Under the pieces are notes generated by a model. The model had not been told where the DNA came from and searched no databases. It saw only the letters and a program-made list of their open reading frames with translations. DNA of 64,000 bases from Lytechinus pictus (Eukaryota), in NCBI RefSeq assembly GCF_037042905.1, contig NC_087248.1, forward strand, positions 20,956,001-21,020,000. Direction: 5' to 3'. Below are positions 1-13,485 of this stretch, piece after piece (the first letter of the stretch is position 1; every line of letters starts with the position of its first letter). Made by a program: the position numbers and the translations under genes.

Positions 1-420
1 TTTGCCACCACCATTCTTACTCGTATTGTCAGTATAAGGCAAGGTTTTTTATTATTAGTTTCATGCTTTCATCATTTATTCTTACTCTATTTGTAGTGGT
101 TTATAGGACAAAACATTATATATCAAAACCAGCGCCAGGGGCTAGGGTCATATTTACTGCGACCATTCTTACTTGTAAATAATGCTATAGTGTAAGGCTT
201 CTTGAGTGGTTTCAAGCTCTTATCATTGTGTTTGCTATATCTATAGCGGTGTATAGGTCGAAAAGTTTACATATAAAAAAAGTGCCAGCGGCTATAAGAA
301 AGGTCAACTTTGATGCGTCCCTTCTTACTTGTAAAGCTTCTTTAGTTGCTGCATGCTTTTATCACTAATGTTTCATGTATATCTGTAGAGGTGTAAAGGT
401 CAAACGATTACACTGTAAAA
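1..420. repeat. Degenerate ~155-bp tandem repeat (~3 units)
   Basis: CC(A/C)TTCTTACT recurs at about 12, 163 and 319 with collinear downstream motifs. Confidence 0.65.
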
Positions 421-422
421 TA

Positions 423-565
423 CAGTGGTGCTCAAAAGTTATAGTGAACCCCATCAGAAAACGAACATATTTAAAGTGTTCAAGTTCTGCTATGATTTAG
501 ATATTTACTTACTCGACATAAAAGGAGTGCATATTGGTGGGGATCACTAACTTTTGAGCACAAGT
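423..565. mobile_element. Tc1/mariner-like MITE remnant
   Basis: TA|CAGTGGTGCTCAAAAGTT..AGTGA..CCC ... GGG..TCACTAACTTTTGAGCAC. Confidence 0.6.
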
Positions 566-587
566 ATACATGTACATATGTATATAT

Positions 588-755
588 CAGGGGCCGCGGA
601 ACCGGGGGGGGGCTGGGGGGCTTCAGCCCCCACTTTTTTCCAAAACCGTGTACAAAAACGTAAAAATTACCATTTGATTGTGATTTTTAGCATGGTCAGC
701 CCCCCACTTTTGGCTCAGCCCCCCCCCCCCTTTGAAAACCGTTCCGCGGCCCCTG
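588..755. mobile_element. MITE with CAGGGGCCGCGGAAC TIRs (copy 1)
   Basis: TIR CAGGGGCCGCGGAAC / GTTCCGCGGCCCCTG; near-identical copy at 19659-19844. Confidence 0.85.
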
Positions 756-2414
756 TATATATAAACAAAAGAAGACTTAGAAAAACGCCACGAGGAGACA
801 TTATCTTCCAATTTTTCTGTCATAGACCTTCTTCAGGGATGATTTTATTATCCAAAACAGGTTGCATCATTTGGCGATGATACCAACGCGCAATAAAAAC
901 AATCGGCACAACAAGATAACGCGACAGGTGGATTGTTAAAAGATATTGTGACGTAATGAGTAAAGTCCAGGCCAATATTATGACGTAGAGTTAAAATGGC
1001 GAAAGAGTCTATATGGAGTCTTTTTTTTGGGGGGGGGGGTGGTCTCGTCACATAATTATGCCACCAGTTGCCACCACCCCAACATTAGTCAAATCTGGAA
1101 CCACCCTGTGCCGCCTACGGAAAAACGCAGTGTCAGACATTTTTTTTTCTTCAATTTTCACTTTTTTCAGAAAAGTAGTTAGTAAACCACCCTTTTTCAC
1201 ATGACACATCCATTTTTTTTAATTTCTTTTGGGAAAGCAACTTTTCAGTATCTGCAAACGCAATATCTACACAGAGCTTAGGGTTTCCCCATGCAAAAAT
1301 GCAGTAGTAACAGTTCGCACAAGTTGAGATATTACGCATTTTATTTCATTCTTTCAAAGCCGTTCGAAACTATTTAATTTCTCAAGTATTCCTTTATGAT
1401 CGAATTGTACTTTATATACGTGCCCATTTCAGGCCAAGAGTCCAAACAAATGTTGTTGTAGTTGTATTTTGAAATATTGACGTAATTGTAGACTTGTACA
1501 TTAAGAACATGTTAATCAAATTCATTTTTATCATAACTTACTCAGACAATAATTGCTTCACTACCAAGAAATAATGTATCAATGTGTAATTCAAGAGCAA
1601 AATGATATAATAGCTCAGAAACTTGGTGGGCACCATCTACCAACAAGGGCGCCCTCTGTGGCAGAGGTCAAAACTTCATGAAAATTGTCTCACGACGGTT
1701 GGAAATTTAACTGCTGAGGGCACTATAGTTTGTAGAGGTCGCCCCGGTGTTTTTAAGCTAGTATTACATAAAAACTAAGTACGAACTCAGAGTTAAAATA
1801 AATAAACACAGCAACTCAGGAGAATTGCTAATTAAAACTTTACAAGAATGTTTCGTGTAATTTTTGATCTTTTGGGGGGACTTGGGGGACTATATTTCCT
1901 TGAATATCAAATTAATACATTATTCTATGGTAATGATGCAATATAGACTGAGTGAGTATAAAACTGAATGGAATTCTCTTTCTTCAGTAGATAATTTTTT
2001 TCCATGGGGAAACCGAGCGTTTGCTTCGACTTTCCCCAAAGTATCTACATTGTGGACATTTACATTTGAAACAACAACAACATTTGTTTTGGGGCCTGAA
2101 ATAGGCACAAATATACTCTACAATTTGATGATAAAAGAATACTGAGAAATAAAATACTTTTGCGCATCTTTGAAAAAAAACATAAAGTGCTTAATATCTC
2201 AACTTGTGCAAAATGTAGGCCTATACACTGCGTTTTCCACGGGGAGATAGATTGCCCCACTGCTACATAACTGTTTATATGGAACGCATGGACACTTGAA
2301 ATGATACATTGTGGAAATGAAACGTGTTTTTTATAATTTTATTGGAATTTGAGACGATATCTGTCGACATACTACTTTTAGTGATTATAATAGAAATAGT
2401 ACTAATCCTAATTC

Positions 2415-2500
2415 AAATACTTCATCAATACTTCATCAATACTTTGTCAATATTTCGTCAATACTTCATCAATACTTCGTCAATACTTCATCAATACTCT
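2415..2500. repeat. 11-bp minisatellite (CAATACTTCAT)n
   Basis: About 7 imperfect copies. Confidence 0.8.
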
Positions 2501-4604
2501 ATCGCATAACATTTATATTTCTTTAGCGGTAGTTCAAGATAATCCGGGTTTGCTTGTAAGAATGAGTGTGTAATATGTGGAGAGACTGCTTGTGCTGGGG
2601 TCTCAGAAATTTAATCAAGTCTACGTTATTTTTGTCGACAGAATGATTTAGTTATACCAATATAATTTTTTTGTGTGTTTTCGTTTGATATTGGAAAGAT
2701 TCCCTGTTTTTCTTTAGCCACTGATTCGCCATATCAATGAATAGATAAAATTTCAATAAAACGTAAGTTGATTTCTCACTCATTCCCATCGTGGGATTAA
2801 CGTCAATTCAATATAAGAAATGAAACGTTCTATACTTCATGATTAGAACCTATGAGTTATTCATAGCTTTTTCTTCTGGAGTCGTGATTTCATTTGTAAG
2901 TAATGGGGTGCACTTTGCACAGAAATTCGAAGCAATATTCCTTTAGATTATCAGCCACTTCGTTATGTTATTTGTTTCAATTTCTTGGTGAATCTTCTTA
3001 AGTACGGAGTCCTAATGACTGACATATGGTTTAGCAGGTGACGATTGGCAGTTCCAAAGTTATTCCTCTACTACAAAGGGGTGCGAGAAAGCTAATTCAC
3101 CTGTTACTTCACGTGGTTAAGAAGTTGGGGGGAAAGTGGATAGCAAGAATGAGAATAGCATCAGATGATGAGAAGGTTGTGATGGAGAGGAAAAGAGTCT
3201 ATTCATGATGACGCCGACTTGATGCTTGTGGTGTTGTTATTGTCAGCAGAGCCACTCTGGTGACGTAGTAGTGTTGCCACTGATGTAGTTGTGGCAGACA
3301 TTGTGACGTCAAGTTCTCAGGGTGCAATGGAGACAGTTGCAGGCTTACAGCGGGTGTTGAACACTGGTGTTAGGTGAAGTACACGTGTTGCTGTAGCTGG
3401 TGCTACCATGATAGTGACACAATGGTTTTATGGTGCTCTTCCCCCAAACTGGTCTGATATGATGGCCTTGTGATGTCTCTACCTGATGTAGTCGTAGATG
3501 CTATCAGGGTGTCCAATGGTGTCAGTTCCCAAGGTGTTATGGCCACTGATGAAACAATGCAGTGGGTGTTGAACACTGTTGATATGTAGTGTTGCACGCA
3601 TTGTTGCATCTGGTGTTACAGTGAGTATGGCACCATGGTGTTTGTCTCCAACTGGTGTTACTGAGGAGATGACTCCCTGGTAGGCCTACCAAGAATGACT
3701 TTCCTGTACTGAGCAGAGACACAGGTGATGTTAGCAAGGACACGATCTTTTGTCCGATTCCCGAGGCATGTGCTTAATATTCCCGATCAATTTGAACACA
3801 AGCCCAACAGAAAATTTGCGCCCCAACCCATTTTGTTGTATTTAATACTCGGCCCTTATTGCAGTACCCCAAAATAAATTGACCAAAAGATGTGTAAATT
3901 TTACCGAGCTGCAGCGGACTGCAGAACCTGTGAGTTAGAAATTGCAAGATGAAGTATGGATCCATTAAATTTGATTTTATATTTTTTTAATCATCGAGTT
4001 CAGGTTGATCTACCCTCTAAACATGAATGTAAAAATCGTCAATCTTAATGAAAGTTGACGCTGAAGTTTATGGATTTTGATACCTTTATTTAGATTTGTG
4101 TGGGGAGATTTAAAGCATTGGTTGGTTGTCCCATCCGTTTCATGATTACAATTTTTTTTGGGGGGGTCGATTGAATACCATATCGTTTCAAGATGGACGA
4201 TACCAAACGAATATTTCAAAGTAGACAAAACAACAAGACAATAACGCAGAACAATACACAGGGACAATAAACAAGAAACATTCAAACGTATAGAGTCGTT
4301 CAGAATTTCAGGTCGTGAACATTGTATGCATGAAGAATTTATTTATTAGTTGCCATTAAATAAGTTGATTTTTTTTTAAATTAAAGATTGTATATCTAAA
4401 AAGTATGATAACTTTTGCGGTATTTCTTTGTTTCCTTATTTTTCAAGCAGAGAATCCCGTCATCCATTTTGTCAAAGAACTGGAGGAATGGAAGATATAA
4501 TTCCACGTTATGATTCAATATAGCAATGTTTAATAGCTAAGAAGTAAACTTATTTCATATTAATAACGGCATATCCATTGATAGAATTATTTAAGCTTAT
4601 TGTG

Positions 4605-5940
4605 CTGGACTGGTACTATGTCCAGTGATGGAATAGTTGAGCTCATTGAAGTGGACTGATAGTATGTCCACTGATGGAATGTTTTGACCTCATTGAGGTG
4701 GACTGATAGTATGTCCAGTGATAGAATGATTTAGCTCATTGGAGTGGACTGATAGTATTGTCCAGTGCTGGAATGATTTAGCTCATTGGAGTGGACTGAT
4801 AGTATATCCACTGATGAAATGATTGACCTCACCGAGGTGGACTGATAGTATGTCCAGTAATAGAATGATTTAGCTCATTGGAGTGTATTGATAGTATTGT
4901 CCAGTGCTGGAATTATTTAGCTCATTGGAGGGGACTGATAGTATTGTCCAGTGCTGGAATGATTTAGCCAATTGAGGTGGACTAATACATAGTATGTCCA
5001 CTGATGGAATGATTGACCTCACTGAGATGGACTGATAGTATGTCCAGTGATAGAATGATTTAGCCATTGGAGTGGACTGATAGTATGTCCAGTGCTGGAA
5101 TGATTTAGCTCATTGGAGTGGACTGATAGTATGTCCAGTGATAGAATGATTGACCTCACTGAGATGGACTGATAGTATGTCCAGTGATAGAATGATTTAG
5201 CTCATTGGAGTGACTGATAGTATGTCCAGTGATAGAATGATTTAGCTCATTGGAGTGGACTGATAGTATGTCCAGTGATAGAATGATTTAGCCATTGGAG
5301 TGGACTGATAGTATGTCCAGTGCTGGAATGATTTAGCTCATTGGAGTGGACTGATAGTATGTCCAGTGATAGAATGATTTAGCTCATTGGAGTGGACTGA
5401 TAGTATGTCCAGTGGGGGAATGATTTCGCTCATTGAGATGGACTGATAGTATGTCCAGTGATGGAATGATTTAGCTCATTGAGGTGAACTGATAGTAGTC
5501 CAGTGATGGATTTTTTTAGCTAATTGAGGTGGACTGATAGTATGTCCAGTGGCAGAATGATTTAGCTCATTGAAGTGGACTGACAGTATGTCCAGTGATG
5601 GAATGGTTTAGCTTATTGACGTGGACTGATAGTATGTCCACTGATGGAATGATTTAGCTCATTGACGTGGACTGATAGTATGTCCAGTGATGGAATGGTT
5701 TAGCTCAATGGAGTGGACTGATAGTATGTCCAGTGATGGAATGATTTAGCTCATTGACGTGGACTGATAGTATGTCCACTGATGGAATGATTTAGCTCAT
5801 TGTCGTGGACTGATAGTATGTCCAGTGATGGAATGGTTTAGCTTATTGACGTGGACCGATAGTATGTCCAGTGATGGAATGGTTTAGCTCAATGGAGTGG
5901 ACTGATAGTATGTCCAGTGATGGAATGATTTAGCTCAATT
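4605..5940. repeat. 46-bp satellite, ~29 copies
   Basis: Consensus GTGGACTGATAGTATGTCCAGTGATGGAATGATTTAGCTCATTGGA. Confidence 0.95.
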
Positions 5941-5944
5941 GATT

Positions 5945-8045
5945 GTGGACTGGTATTTTGTCCACTGTGGGAGCACAGCTCTTTATGATATCCTGATGCA
6001 CTGTGGACTGGTGTTATGTCCACTGTTGGAACGCAGGTCATTAGAATGACCTGATAGAATGTGGACTGGTATTACGTCCACTGTTGGAAACGCAGCTCAT
6101 TAGGATGGACTGATGCATTGTGGACTGGTATTAAGTCCACTGTGTAAGCGCAGCTTATTATGGACCGATGCACTGTAGACTGGTATTATGTCCACTGTGG
6201 AAGCGCAGTTCATTAAGATGGACTGATGCACTGTGGACTGGTATTACGTCCAATGTTCGGAAAGCGCAGCACATTAGGATGGACTGATGCACTGTGGACT
6301 GGTTTTATGTCCACTGTGGAAGCGCAGCACATTAAGATGGACTGATGCACTGTGGACTGGTATTATGTCCACTGTGAGAGCACAGCTCTTTAGGATGGAC
6401 TGATGCACTGTGGACTGGTATTACGTCCACTGTTCGGAAAGCGCAGCACATTAGGATGGACTGATGCACTGTAGAATGGTGAATATGTCCACTGTAGGAA
6501 CGCAGCTCATTAAGATAGACTGATGCACTGTGGACTGGTATTAGGTCCACTGTGACAGCACAGCTCCTTAGGATGGACTGATGCACTGTGGACTGGTGAA
6601 TATGTCCACTGTAGGAACGCAGTTTATTAAGATTGACTGATGCACTGTGGACTGGTCAATATGTCCACTTATGGAACGCAGCTCATTGGAATGACCTGAT
6701 GGACCTGATTGTGTCCACTGTGGGAATGATTTTGATCGACTGATGCACTGTAGACTGGTGTTATGTCCACTGTTGGAATGCAGCTCGTTAGCATGGACTG
6801 ATGCACTGTGGACTGGTATTATGCCCACTGTGGGAGCGCAGCTCATTAGGATGGGCTAATGCACTGTGGACTGGTATTATGTCCACTATGGTAGCACAGC
6901 TCATTATGATGGATTGATGCACTGTGGATCGGTATTATGTACACTGTAGGAACGCAGCTCATTAGGATAGACTGATGCACTGTAGACTGGTATTATGCCC
7001 ACTGCAGGAATGCAGTCATTTTGATGGACTGATTCACTGTGGACAGGTGTTATTTCTACTATGGGGGCGCAGCTCATTAGGATGGACTGATTCACTGTGG
7101 ACTGGTATTATGTCCACTGTGGGAATGCAGTGATTTTGATCGACTGATTCACTGTGGACTGGTGTTATTTCCACTGTGGGAGCGCAGCTCATTATGATGG
7201 GCTAATGCACTGTGGACTGGTATTATGTCCACTATGGTAGCACAGCTCATTATGATGGATTGATGCACTGTGGATTGGTATTATGTGCACTGTAGGAACG
7301 CAGCTCATTAGGATAGACTGATGCACTATGGACTGGTATTATGTCCACTACGGGTACGCAGCTCATCAGGATGGACTGATGCAATGTGGACTGGTATTAT
7401 ATCCACTGTGTGAGCGAAGCCCATTTTTAGGGACTGATTCACTGTGGACTGGTATTATGCCCACTATGCTAGCGCAGCTCATTATGATGGATTGATCCAC
7501 TGTGGACTGGTATTATATCCATTGTAGGAAAGCAGGTCATTAGGAGAGACTGATGCACTGTGGACTGGTATTATGTCCACTACGGGTACGCAGCTCATCA
7601 GGATGGACTGATGCACTGTGGACTGGTGTTATGTCCACTGTTGGAATGCAGCTCATTAGGATGGACTGATGCACTGTGGACTGGTGTTATGTCCACTGTG
7701 AGAGCGCAGCTTCTTTTGATGGACTGATTCACTGTGGACGGGTGTTATTTCCACTGTGGGAATGCAGCTCATCAGGATGGACTGATGCACTGTGGACTGG
7801 TACTATGTCCACTGTGGAATCGCAGCTCATTAAGATGGACTGATGCACTGTGGACCGGTCATATGTCCACTTTGGGATGCGGCTCATTAGGATGGACTGG
7901 CGCACTGTGGACTGGTATTGTGTCCACTGAGGGATTGCAGCTCATTTATAGGATGGACTGATGCCCTGTGGACTGGTGTTATGTCCACTGTTTAAATGCA
8001 GTTTACAGGATGGACTGATGTACTGCGCGCTGGTGTTACGTCCGT
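5945..8045. repeat. ~58-bp satellite, ~36 copies
   Basis: Consensus GATGGACTGATGCACTGTGGACTGGTATTATGTCCACTGTGGGAACGCAGCTCATTAG. Confidence 0.95.
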
Positions 8046-8576
8046 TGTTGAAGTAGAATCATCGACTGTGTTGACCTGACATCGACCAGGCTGCAATTGA
8101 ACACTTTGCTGTTAACGACATTGTCCTACAAATTTAGTTAGGCAAATAACGTCTAAGTACTAAACAAGTATAAGACCAGCTTTCCCCTCCACTACCCAGA
8201 CAACCAACTTGCCTTGGAGAAGACAAAGTTCGTCCTCTAGGTAGTGAAATGGTAAGCAGTTCTTGTAAATGTTCATCGCTCTTTCGTTCTCTGCTTCACG
8301 TAACTTGCAGGCCAATGTCATTGACATTAAAACAGTCAACTGTAGCCGGGATGAAATGATATTTGTTCAAGTCAACCAAATCGAAAACACCATGATGCAA
8401 GAGGTTTGCTTGATGTTTTAGCAACAGTGTTTAGGATGGACTGACGTTCGTCCATTCGTAAGGGGTATCCATACGTGTCGTTAGACTGAAAGATGGTATC
8501 ATATCTTACAACGATGTAAATGAAATCCTAATTCAAGAGTGCCTATACCCATCGGGATGATGAAAAAACAATACTT

Positions 8577-9680
8577 GACCCTGAGACATTCCCTCGTTAG
8601 GCAACTATTAATCCATCTTCATGAGCTCATAGGTACTCTCGCACGTTGACTGGTCAACATCGACGAAATGTCGACATCCAAAGTAAGTGGAGCTTTGACC
8701 AGGAGTCAAAACAGCTCCACCGTCGACTGCCCTGAGGTCAACGCAAATACGTCTACCCAAGGGCAGTTGGCAGTTGAGTTGTTCTCACACCTGGCCAGAG
8801 CTCCACCTACTTTGTGTGTCGACATTGCGTCGAGGTTGACCAGTCAACGTGCGAGAGTACATATGAGCTCATGAAATTGGATAAAGTAGTTTTCTACTAA
8901 AGGAAAGCTCCGGGTTTATAACTGATGGTGTGTCCTCTATTAGGATGGTTTACCAAATGAGGCTAGACTGACATGTGGCCCATTATGAAATGCCTAATGC
9001 GAACCGAGATCGTCGATTCCGATGAGAGAACCACAAGCACCGTTGGACCGATAGACAGTATTTCATCCTGTGATGATGCATTTAGGAACCCGAGTCAAGG
9101 ATGATTCTTGAGTGGTAAACAGTAAGAGCATTAGCAGTGTACTCGGAAACATTCCCAGAGTTGACAAACTATCAGTCTACTTTCATGAGATCATAGGAAT
9201 GCAAAACTTGCATGTCGAGTTGTCACCATCAACACTATATCAGTTCGCAAAATAGGTCAAGCATGGCCCATCCATGAGAACTGCTCAGCTGCTGACTGCT
9301 TTAGAGGATTACTCCAAAGGCAGTCAACAACTAAGCAGTTCTTATGCATAGAACTCATCCTGCCCATTCTGTGAGCTGGTATTGTGTGTAAAGATGACAA
9401 CTCGACATACAAACTAAGCATCACATTAGACTCATGAAGGTAAACTGATGGGGTACCATCCCGAGGAATGCATCAGAATAAACTGATGGTGCTCCCACTA
9501 TTCTCCGCTTAGAGTCATCCTTGACTCGCGTTCCTGTGTTCACCCAAATGATGAAATACTATCTGTTAGTCATACGATACATGTGGGTCTCTCATCAGAA
9601 TTTGCGAACTAAGTTCCCCTTGGGCGTTTCAATTGTTGGCAAATCATCAATCTGGCCTCATCCGGCAACCCTTCCTATGA
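8577..9680. repeat. Two adjacent imperfect palindromes (centres ~8746 and ~9310)
   Basis: Arm pairs such as 8619-8630/8863-8874, 9085-9104/9515-9534 and 8959-8968/9651-9660. Confidence 0.8.
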
Positions 9681-12210
9681 TGATAAAGTTTAAGGGTAAG
9701 GTGATGGGATGCTTTATCCCATGTGGTTGGGACGATGGTTTACCCATTGCGACAATGCTTAAGTTGGACTTGATGTTAGTCCTTCCAACAAGATTCCCAC
9801 GCACACTACAGGACTGACAGGTGATATTTCGTCCTATGGCAGTGTGTATGAGACCCCGGTTCAAAGGTCATTCATCTTAGGGGGTGGGCAGGAGGAGAGA
9901 TTGTACTCTTTCATCACACCTGATTGAAAGATGGGCCTCGAGCGAGGAAGGAATGGCTGAAAACAGACACCACCGATACAAACACACATCTTTCACACCA
10001 CTCGAACTGAGAAGGCGTTTCCCAGTTCCCTCCAGGTAACGTCAAGAACGACTCCTGTAAATGGGGGAGATGAGCTCAGTGACAGGATAGAGAGTTGCGT
10101 GAACAAGGCGACAGAGTGACTGATGGTAACTGGGTGATCTGGACCCCTCCGCCCTCCAGTATGTACAGCACTTCTTGATACATGTGACGTAGTCTTTCCT
10201 TGTCTACTGTATATGAATATGTCCTCTGCAGCAAGGGCTGCCATGGACACTAGGTGCACTTTGAAAACGAGAAGATGACATTCTGTGTCAATGATGCCTG
10301 GTGAAGAATGTGTGCTGCTTGCTGAATGTACGGAAGAAATCCACCTTTAAAACATGGTGTTAAGTGCTTTGTAATGAAGGGTATAAGGATTAATGGAGTA
10401 GGTGATTAATCAAAGGTTTTGGCACCCAAAGCTTGCATCCAACCCCCTCTCATTAAGGAGAAAGGAATACTGACAGACAAGATAAAGCTCCAAGTTCCAA
10501 TGTCCTTTTAGACCTACCTGTTCAAAGGAGTGTAATGAAATTAAAAATATTTACATGTAAAATTAAAGGTACAGTTGCATCAACGAAACAGGTTCTAAAC
10601 TGACCAATCGTGAGTCGTCGGAAGTAACTTAATAGCTTTGGTCTGTCAGGGGTTGGTCTCGTTGGTGTGACTACAGCATCATAAGGGTGTTGCCACATAG
10701 AAACACGAGCGATGATTCCCCTACATCTAAAACAATGTATTAAAAAAGAGGATAAGGGGGGATACAGGATGCAGTGATGTGAAACTATAAAACTTCCCTT
10801 TGTGGTGGGGGAACATTTAGTTTACCCCCTCCCCTTCATGAAAAGCGCACTGATGCTGCCACTGAATGACAAAGGAATCATGCAAGCCAGAATTCCATTT
10901 ACCCCACAACCCATATCGCCTCTAACTAATGTTTCCCTGTTGGCTTTCCTGGCTATGCCCCCTCCCATCCCCCCCCCCCAAAAAAAAAAAAAAAACGGGA
11001 AATGGTGTATCAAAATAATTCAGTATAAATGTAAAGATTCTATAATTTCCTTGAAATGGACCTCATATCAAAACATACCAAACGATGGTATATAAGAAGA
11101 TTACTTCACTTGCGAGAGAATTTCAAGCATGAATAAAATGTTGCTTTCTAATCTTTAAAATAGTCGTGTTATAATGTGCCATTGAAGTAACAATGCTTAA
11201 AAATATTCCATCCATCTCCGTAAACTTTTTTTGATCATCGTCAAATGTTGCTCGAACAGTCTTTTTTCCGAGTAAATGCATTCGTATAAATTAAATATTT
11301 TTTATCATATTGGTTGTGTAATAATCTTTTGTCTTGCAGGTCAGGAATTACAATGTCTAAATAGGGCCTCTACCAAGAGTAGGCCTATTGATAGAATAAG
11401 GACAAATATAGTTACTGGATGAATGATCAATAATAAACTGTGTTGTTTCCATCAAAGTGACAGTTGTTGCAAGACAGCATTAAGTCTAACGTGGAATCTG
11501 CTACATTATCATATTTTATGAGAGCATCCTCCCCTTCTGTATGGTACTAAAATACGGATCAATGCCCATCCTCTTCCTGTCGGGAGCGTTGGAAATAACC
11601 TCCCAAGAATATCTGCTATCGGTGGCCACTGCAGGTTACCACGCGCAGTCAGGAATATAATGTCAAAAGGCCAGGTCAAGACATAATGTAGTGTAGATCA
11701 TCCATGAGTATTTGGACCAAGAACCCCTCGCCTATTACCATGTTTCAGAAGCCTAAGTTGCCCCTCGTCATCAACGCACATCATTGCCACAACCCTAAGC
11801 TGATTTTACTGATACTGATGCTTCTAAGACGATCTTGCCATCATCAATTGGATGGAAATAATGTAAGATACGCGGGCAAAATAAGTTATATCAAATAAAC
11901 TTTTTCTGCCAGCAAAGTGTTGATAATCAGGCTATGTTTAGTATTCATTCTGTGAGTTGATGTCCGAAGTTTAAATGCGACTTAAGCCGTTTGGGAAACA
12001 ATTTCCATGATTACTTGTGATCTTCAGTTGTCACTCTTGAGCGTGGCATCCCTAATTACCTGATAAGAAGCTATCACGTTAAGAGCTACCAGTGCCACCA
12101 TGTGTAGTCGGTGTAGAATTTCTTCACTTTACTGTCAAGTCTATAATCTTAATTATTGTCGCCCTTCTCCTTTTCTTCTTCTTCTCTTCTTCTTTTTCTT
12201 TTTCTTTTCC

Positions 12211-12828
12211 TTCTTACTTACTTACTGCCCGTTATGCCTCCTGGAAAGTAGGGCAGCAACAAAAGCTCTCCACTCCCGTCTGTCTTGGGCCAGTCTCTGC
12301 ATTGATCCCCAGGTCTGTCGGAGGTTAGACATTACGCCCTCCACGGTCCGTCTCAAGGTGTTCTTGGGTCGACCTTGTTTTCTCCTTCCTTCGGGGGTCC
12401 AATGCAGTGCTGTCCTTGTAATGTCATCCGCTTCTTTTCTTAATACATGTCCGATCCATCTCCACCTCCTTTTCATAAGTATGTCTTCCATACTCTCTTG
12501 TTGGCATCTTTCATTTAGTTCTTCATTTGTTATTGTGTTAGGCGAGAATATACGATGTATACGCCTTAAACTTTGTGTATGGAAGCCTGATAGTCTCTGG
12601 AGGTCATGTCTTCTCATCCTCCACCATTCTGAACCATATAAAAGTGTTGAAAGAACGCAGCTCTGGTATATGTTAAGCTTGGTCTTTACTCTATATTGTT
12701 GCGACCTCCATACGGTGATAAGCATACTAAATGCAGGCTTTGTTGAGTCAGTTTATAATGTCTTTCCCTGCCCCTCCGCCATAGCTAACATTGCTACCAA
12801 GGTATGTAAAATCTTCAGTAAATGGTAG
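12211..12828 (-). mobile_element. RTE-clade LINE 3' fragment (degenerate)
   Basis: FTYLGS motif, then LLYGSE.W, RRWRWIGHVLR, GRRKQGRPK, AQDRREWR; (TAAG)n 3' tail; stop and frameshift near 12740. Confidence 0.9.
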
Positions 12829-12859
12829 TGAATTTGAAACATTTAGGGTCATTACTTGT

Positions 12860-13485
12860 CTTTTTTTTTGGTTCAATTTTTTTCCCTTCTACTCTTTCTT
12901 CCATATTCCTCTTCTTGTTCTTCTTTTTGTTCTTCTTTTCTTCTTCTCTTTCTTATTTTCGATTGATGTTTATTCCCTTCTTGGATCTTATCCTCTCCAT
13001 ATTATCATTGAAGTTATTTGTTCTCATCCTCCTTATTCTTCTTTATTCTCCTTGGTTTTTCTCCCTTTTAATTATCTTCTTGTCCATCGACCTTAATTTT
13101 CTCCCTTTTCTTCCATTTCCTTATCTTCTTCCTATTTTTCTTCCTCTTTGCCGCCTTCTACTTTGCTATTGTTATGATTTTTGTTTTCGTCAAAGTCTTC
13201 AATTTCATGTTTAACCTTTTCCCCCTCTATTTCAACTTCACTGCCTTAATATTCTCCTTTTTTTATGGCTCTCATTCATTTTCTACTGCGGTATTTTCCT
13301 TCTTCCCCTTCCTCTTTTCCCGGGTCTTTTTCTAATTGTTTTCATCCTTTCCTTTCCCTTTTCTTCTTGTTCCTTTTTCTTCATTCTTTATTTTTTTCTT
13401 TCTCTCTTTATTCTTCTTCTTGTTGTTGTTGTTCTTCTTCTGCTTCTTTTTCTTCTTCTTTTAGTTCTTTTACTTCTTCTTAATC
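12860..13485. repeat. Polypyrimidine (CT-rich) low-complexity tract
   Basis: TTC/TTTC-rich; the F/L/S-rich ORFs here are compositional artefacts. Confidence 0.85.

Noticed and set aside
1648-1664. CTCF site (GCGCCCTCTGTGGC)
   Set aside because: One base short of the consensus spacing and has no independent support
6332-7961. ORFs within the 58-bp satellite as a repeat protein
   Set aside because: The unit length is not a multiple of 3; frames rotate and hit frequent stops
4605-8045. CRISPR array or hammerhead-containing satellite
   Set aside because: Units are contiguous with no unique spacers, there are no cas genes and the context is eukaryotic; CTGAT is not followed by GA and there is no GAAA core
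12092-13483. Hydrophobic + strand ORFs as membrane proteins
   Set aside because: Antisense of the RTE fragment and translation of a CT-rich tract
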